From the IMG/VR virus record IMGVR_UViG_3300037295_000153, positions 1-48,633 of that record: a DNA stretch of 48,633 nucleotides, one strand, 5' to 3'. A program made the position numbers and the translations under genes. This document shows, in pieces, positions 46,517-48,633 of the stretch. The stretch is from a virus. Lineage: Duplodnaviria > Caudoviricetes. The first letter of the stretch is position 1, and each line of letters starts with the position of its first letter. The notes beneath the pieces were generated by a model. The model was not told where the DNA came from. It made no database searches and saw nothing but the letters and a program-made list of their open reading frames with translations.

Positions 46517-48123
46517 AGACAGATAAGATTGTCATTTTAGGCGGAGGTAGCGCAGGATGGATGACCGCAGCCACGCTCATCAGGACTTTTCCAGAAAAGA
46601 GCATAACGGTAATCGAGTCACCAGATGTCCCCATCGCCGGGGTTGGTGAGTCTACTCTAGGTCAAATAATCAGGTGGATTAAATACTTGGGCATTGAGGA
46701 CAGCGACTTTGTGCAGTTTACCGATGCGACTTACAAGCTAAGTATTAAGTTTACCGACTTCTGCAAAAAGGGAGAGGAGTTTCACTACCCATTCGGAGTC
46801 CCCATGGAAGATGGGGCTGGCCCAGCAGACGAAGTAAAAAATTGGCACTTACTAAGAGAGTTTTATCCAGAGATGGATAACTCTGATATGGTTAAGTGGA
46901 TATTCCCAGCATCAGAATTGTGGGAAAACAACAAGTTTAATGAAAATAATAGCTCTGAGTTTGGCAACTTTAGCTCAACAAAAGACAGGGCCTATCACTT
47001 TGACGCTGCCAAATTTGGGTTGTGGCTAAAAGATTACTATTGCATTCCCCGTGGAGTAAAGTATATTTCTGGTCACGTTGAGGACATTTCTACGAACAGT
47101 GGGGGCATTGAATTTCTTCATTTGAAGGGCGGAGAAAGTGTATCATCGGACCTATTTGTTGATTGTACTGGATTCAGGAGCCTCCTTCTGGGGGGGGCGC
47201 TGGAGGAGCCATTTGTTTCCTACGCCAGCATCCTTCCCAACGACAGTGCTTGGGCTACGCAAATCCCATATCGAGACAAATACAAGGAGTTAGAGCTATA
47301 TACCAACTGCACGGCGATTGAGAATGGCTGGGTCTGGAACATCCCACTGTGGTCCCGCATTGGGACGGGGTATGTGTTCTCTAGCCTTTTTGTTTCTGAC
47401 GAGGAATCTTTAGAGGAATTTAAAAATCATCTACAATCGGACAACATGGTCTGCCCTAGAACGAGAGAGGAGGTGGACTCATACACATATAGGAAGATCG
47501 ATATGCGTATTGGCGTTCACGAAAGGGGGTTTGTAAAGAACGTGGTGGCTATTGGCCTATCCGCTGGATTTATTGAGCCCCTGGAGAGCAATGGGCTGCT
47601 AAGTGTCCACGAATTCTTGTTTGTGCTTATAGACGTCATTGCGCGGGAGAATGTCACGCAACTTGACAGGACCTGGTTTAACATTGAAATTAGAGATATT
47701 TTCGATGGCTTTGCTAAGTTCGTGGCGATCCACTATGCCATGTCTCAGAGAGATGATACTGATTATTGGACAGCAAACATGAATCGGGAATATCCTGAAA
47801 CAATTACAAACACAGGGTTCACCAATGGAATGGTTCGCGCTTCATCGTTTTATAATGCTCAGAGGATGTTTTTCGACGCCTTGTTACGCGGGGGAGACCA
47901 CATTGATGGAATCACCTACATCGCCACTGGAATGGGTTTCAGATATCTAGGTGGTCCAAGGCTTTCACTACTAGAGCATAGCGGTGAAACAACAGAGGGG
48001 CTGGATCTTAAGGTTAGTCACATCCATGAAAAGTGGACAACACGCAGGGATCTCTGGAGCTCCGCTGCCAAGGAATCTCCACATATCGTAGACTATCTAA
48101 AACGTCGCTTTTATTCAGAGTGA
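46513..48123 (+). CDS. flavin-dependent (tryptophan-halogenase family) halogenase
   Basis: GGGSAGW, GVGEST, ATYKLSIKF, AYHFDA, DCTGF, GWVWNIPL, GFIEPLESNG. Confidence 0.92.
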   Translation: MKTDKIVILGGGSAGWMTAATLIRTFPEKSITVIESPDVPIAGVGESTLGQIIRWIKYLGIEDSDFVQFTDATYKLSIKFTDFCKKGEEFHYPFGVPMEDGAGPADEVKNWHLLREFYPEMDNSDMVKWIFPASELWENNKFNENNSSEFGNFSSTKDRAYHFDAAKFGLWLKDYYCIPRGVKYISGHVEDISTNSGGIEFLHLKGGESVSSDLFVDCTGFRSLLLGGALEEPFVSYASILPNDSAWATQIPYRDKYKELELYTNCTAIENGWVWNIPLWSRIGTGYVFSSLFVSDEESLEEFKNHLQSDNMVCPRTREEVDSYTYRKIDMRIGVHERGFVKNVVAIGLSAGFIEPLESNGLLSVHEFLFVLIDVIARENVTQLDRTWFNIEIRDIFDGFAKFVAIHYAMSQRDDTDYWTANMNREYPETITNTGFTNGMVRASSFYNAQRMFFDALLRGGDHIDGITYIATGMGFRYLGGPRLSLLEHSGETTEGLDLKVSHIHEKWTTRRDLWSSAAKESPHIVDYLKRRFYSE

Positions 48124-48166
48124 CATAACCCCATGCCCAGTCAACCAGCAGAAAGATCAGACCGCC

Positions 48167-48502
48167 GTGGCAAGAGATAGTATAAAAAAACACGATCACC
48201 CATTTTTCTTTGACAATGAGAAAAACAAAAAAGAAAAACCACAAAAAAGAATTGCTTCCAAAAAAAGAGAAGTACAGGAAATGCTTGGAAAGATAAAAGA
48301 AAAAAGCGGCTGCATCGACTGTAATAAAAAATATCCATTTTACGTTCTTGATTTTGATCACGCTCGCGGGACAAAGGTATCAAACATAGGGCAGATGTTA
48401 GATTATTTTAGCATTGAAGACATCCTGAAAGAAGTAAAAAAGTGCGACATTGTGTGTTCAAACTGCCACAGATCAAGAACCTATCTTAGAAAACATGGAT
48501 AG
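48167..48502 (+). CDS. HNH-like endonuclease
   Basis: CIDC..LDFDH....EVKKCDIVCSNCHRSRT. Confidence 0.8.
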   Translation: MARDSIKKHDHPFFFDNEKNKKEKPQKRIASKKREVQEMLGKIKEKSGCIDCNKKYPFYVLDFDHARGTKVSNIGQMLDYFSIEDILKEVKKCDIVCSNCHRSRTYLRKHG

Positions 48503-48530
48503 AGCTTTGTAAGAAAAAAGTCAAAATGTG

Positions 48531-48559
48531 TTGAACATCAACAACATTTGTGATATCCT
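48531..48559 (+). promoter_or_regulatory. sigma70-type promoter
   Basis: TTGAAC-17 bp-TATCCT with TG extension. Confidence 0.5.
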
Positions 48560-48588
48560 AGTTAGGTTGCCGCCGCCAGGAGGAACAA

Positions 48589-48633
48589 ATGACGAAATCG
48601 AAACTGCTAGGAGGAGTGTTAATGTCAATGGTT
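48589..48633 (+). CDS. 3'-truncated ORF with signal-peptide-like start
   Basis: SD AGGAGG; MTKSKLLGGVLMSMV. Confidence 0.6.
   Translation, partial: MTKSKLLGGVLMSMV

Noticed and set aside
178-48383. Many minus-strand and alternate-frame ORFs in the track
   Set aside because: They shadow long motif-bearing + strand genes, and lack RBSs and recognisable motifs

Overview
A 48.6 kb slice of a tailed dsDNA phage with siphovirus-like gene order; every credible gene is on the + strand. Order: end of a virion-type gene, ssb, class II ribonucleotide reductase (nrdJ), a head/tail module (large virion protein, portal, protease-scaffold, major capsid, neck genes, major tail, -1 frameshifted tail chaperones, 2515-aa tape measure, distal tail/baseplate genes), then a replication/recombination module (DnaB, primase, a second gp32-like SSB, free-standing HNH, DnaE, MazG-like, RecA, resolvase-like, Cas4-like, RuvC-like) and accessory genes (2OG-Fe(II)-like protein, DUF3310, flavin-dependent halogenase). 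No terminase, integrase, tRNA or CRISPR array was seen. Extended -10 promoters and apparently leaderless genes hint at an actinobacterial host (inference). Best leads: an HNH-type (H-x16-N-x8-N) motif inside a motif-delimited segment of the tape measure, a pseudoknot-capable structured element in front of HNH/dnaE, a uORF plus hairpin leader and a nested scaffold start in the protease gene, a diverged direct repeat with operator-like palindromes around ssb, an apparently dead 2OG-Fe(II) enzyme, and an intact halogenase. All calls are by-eye motif recognition; no database search was run.
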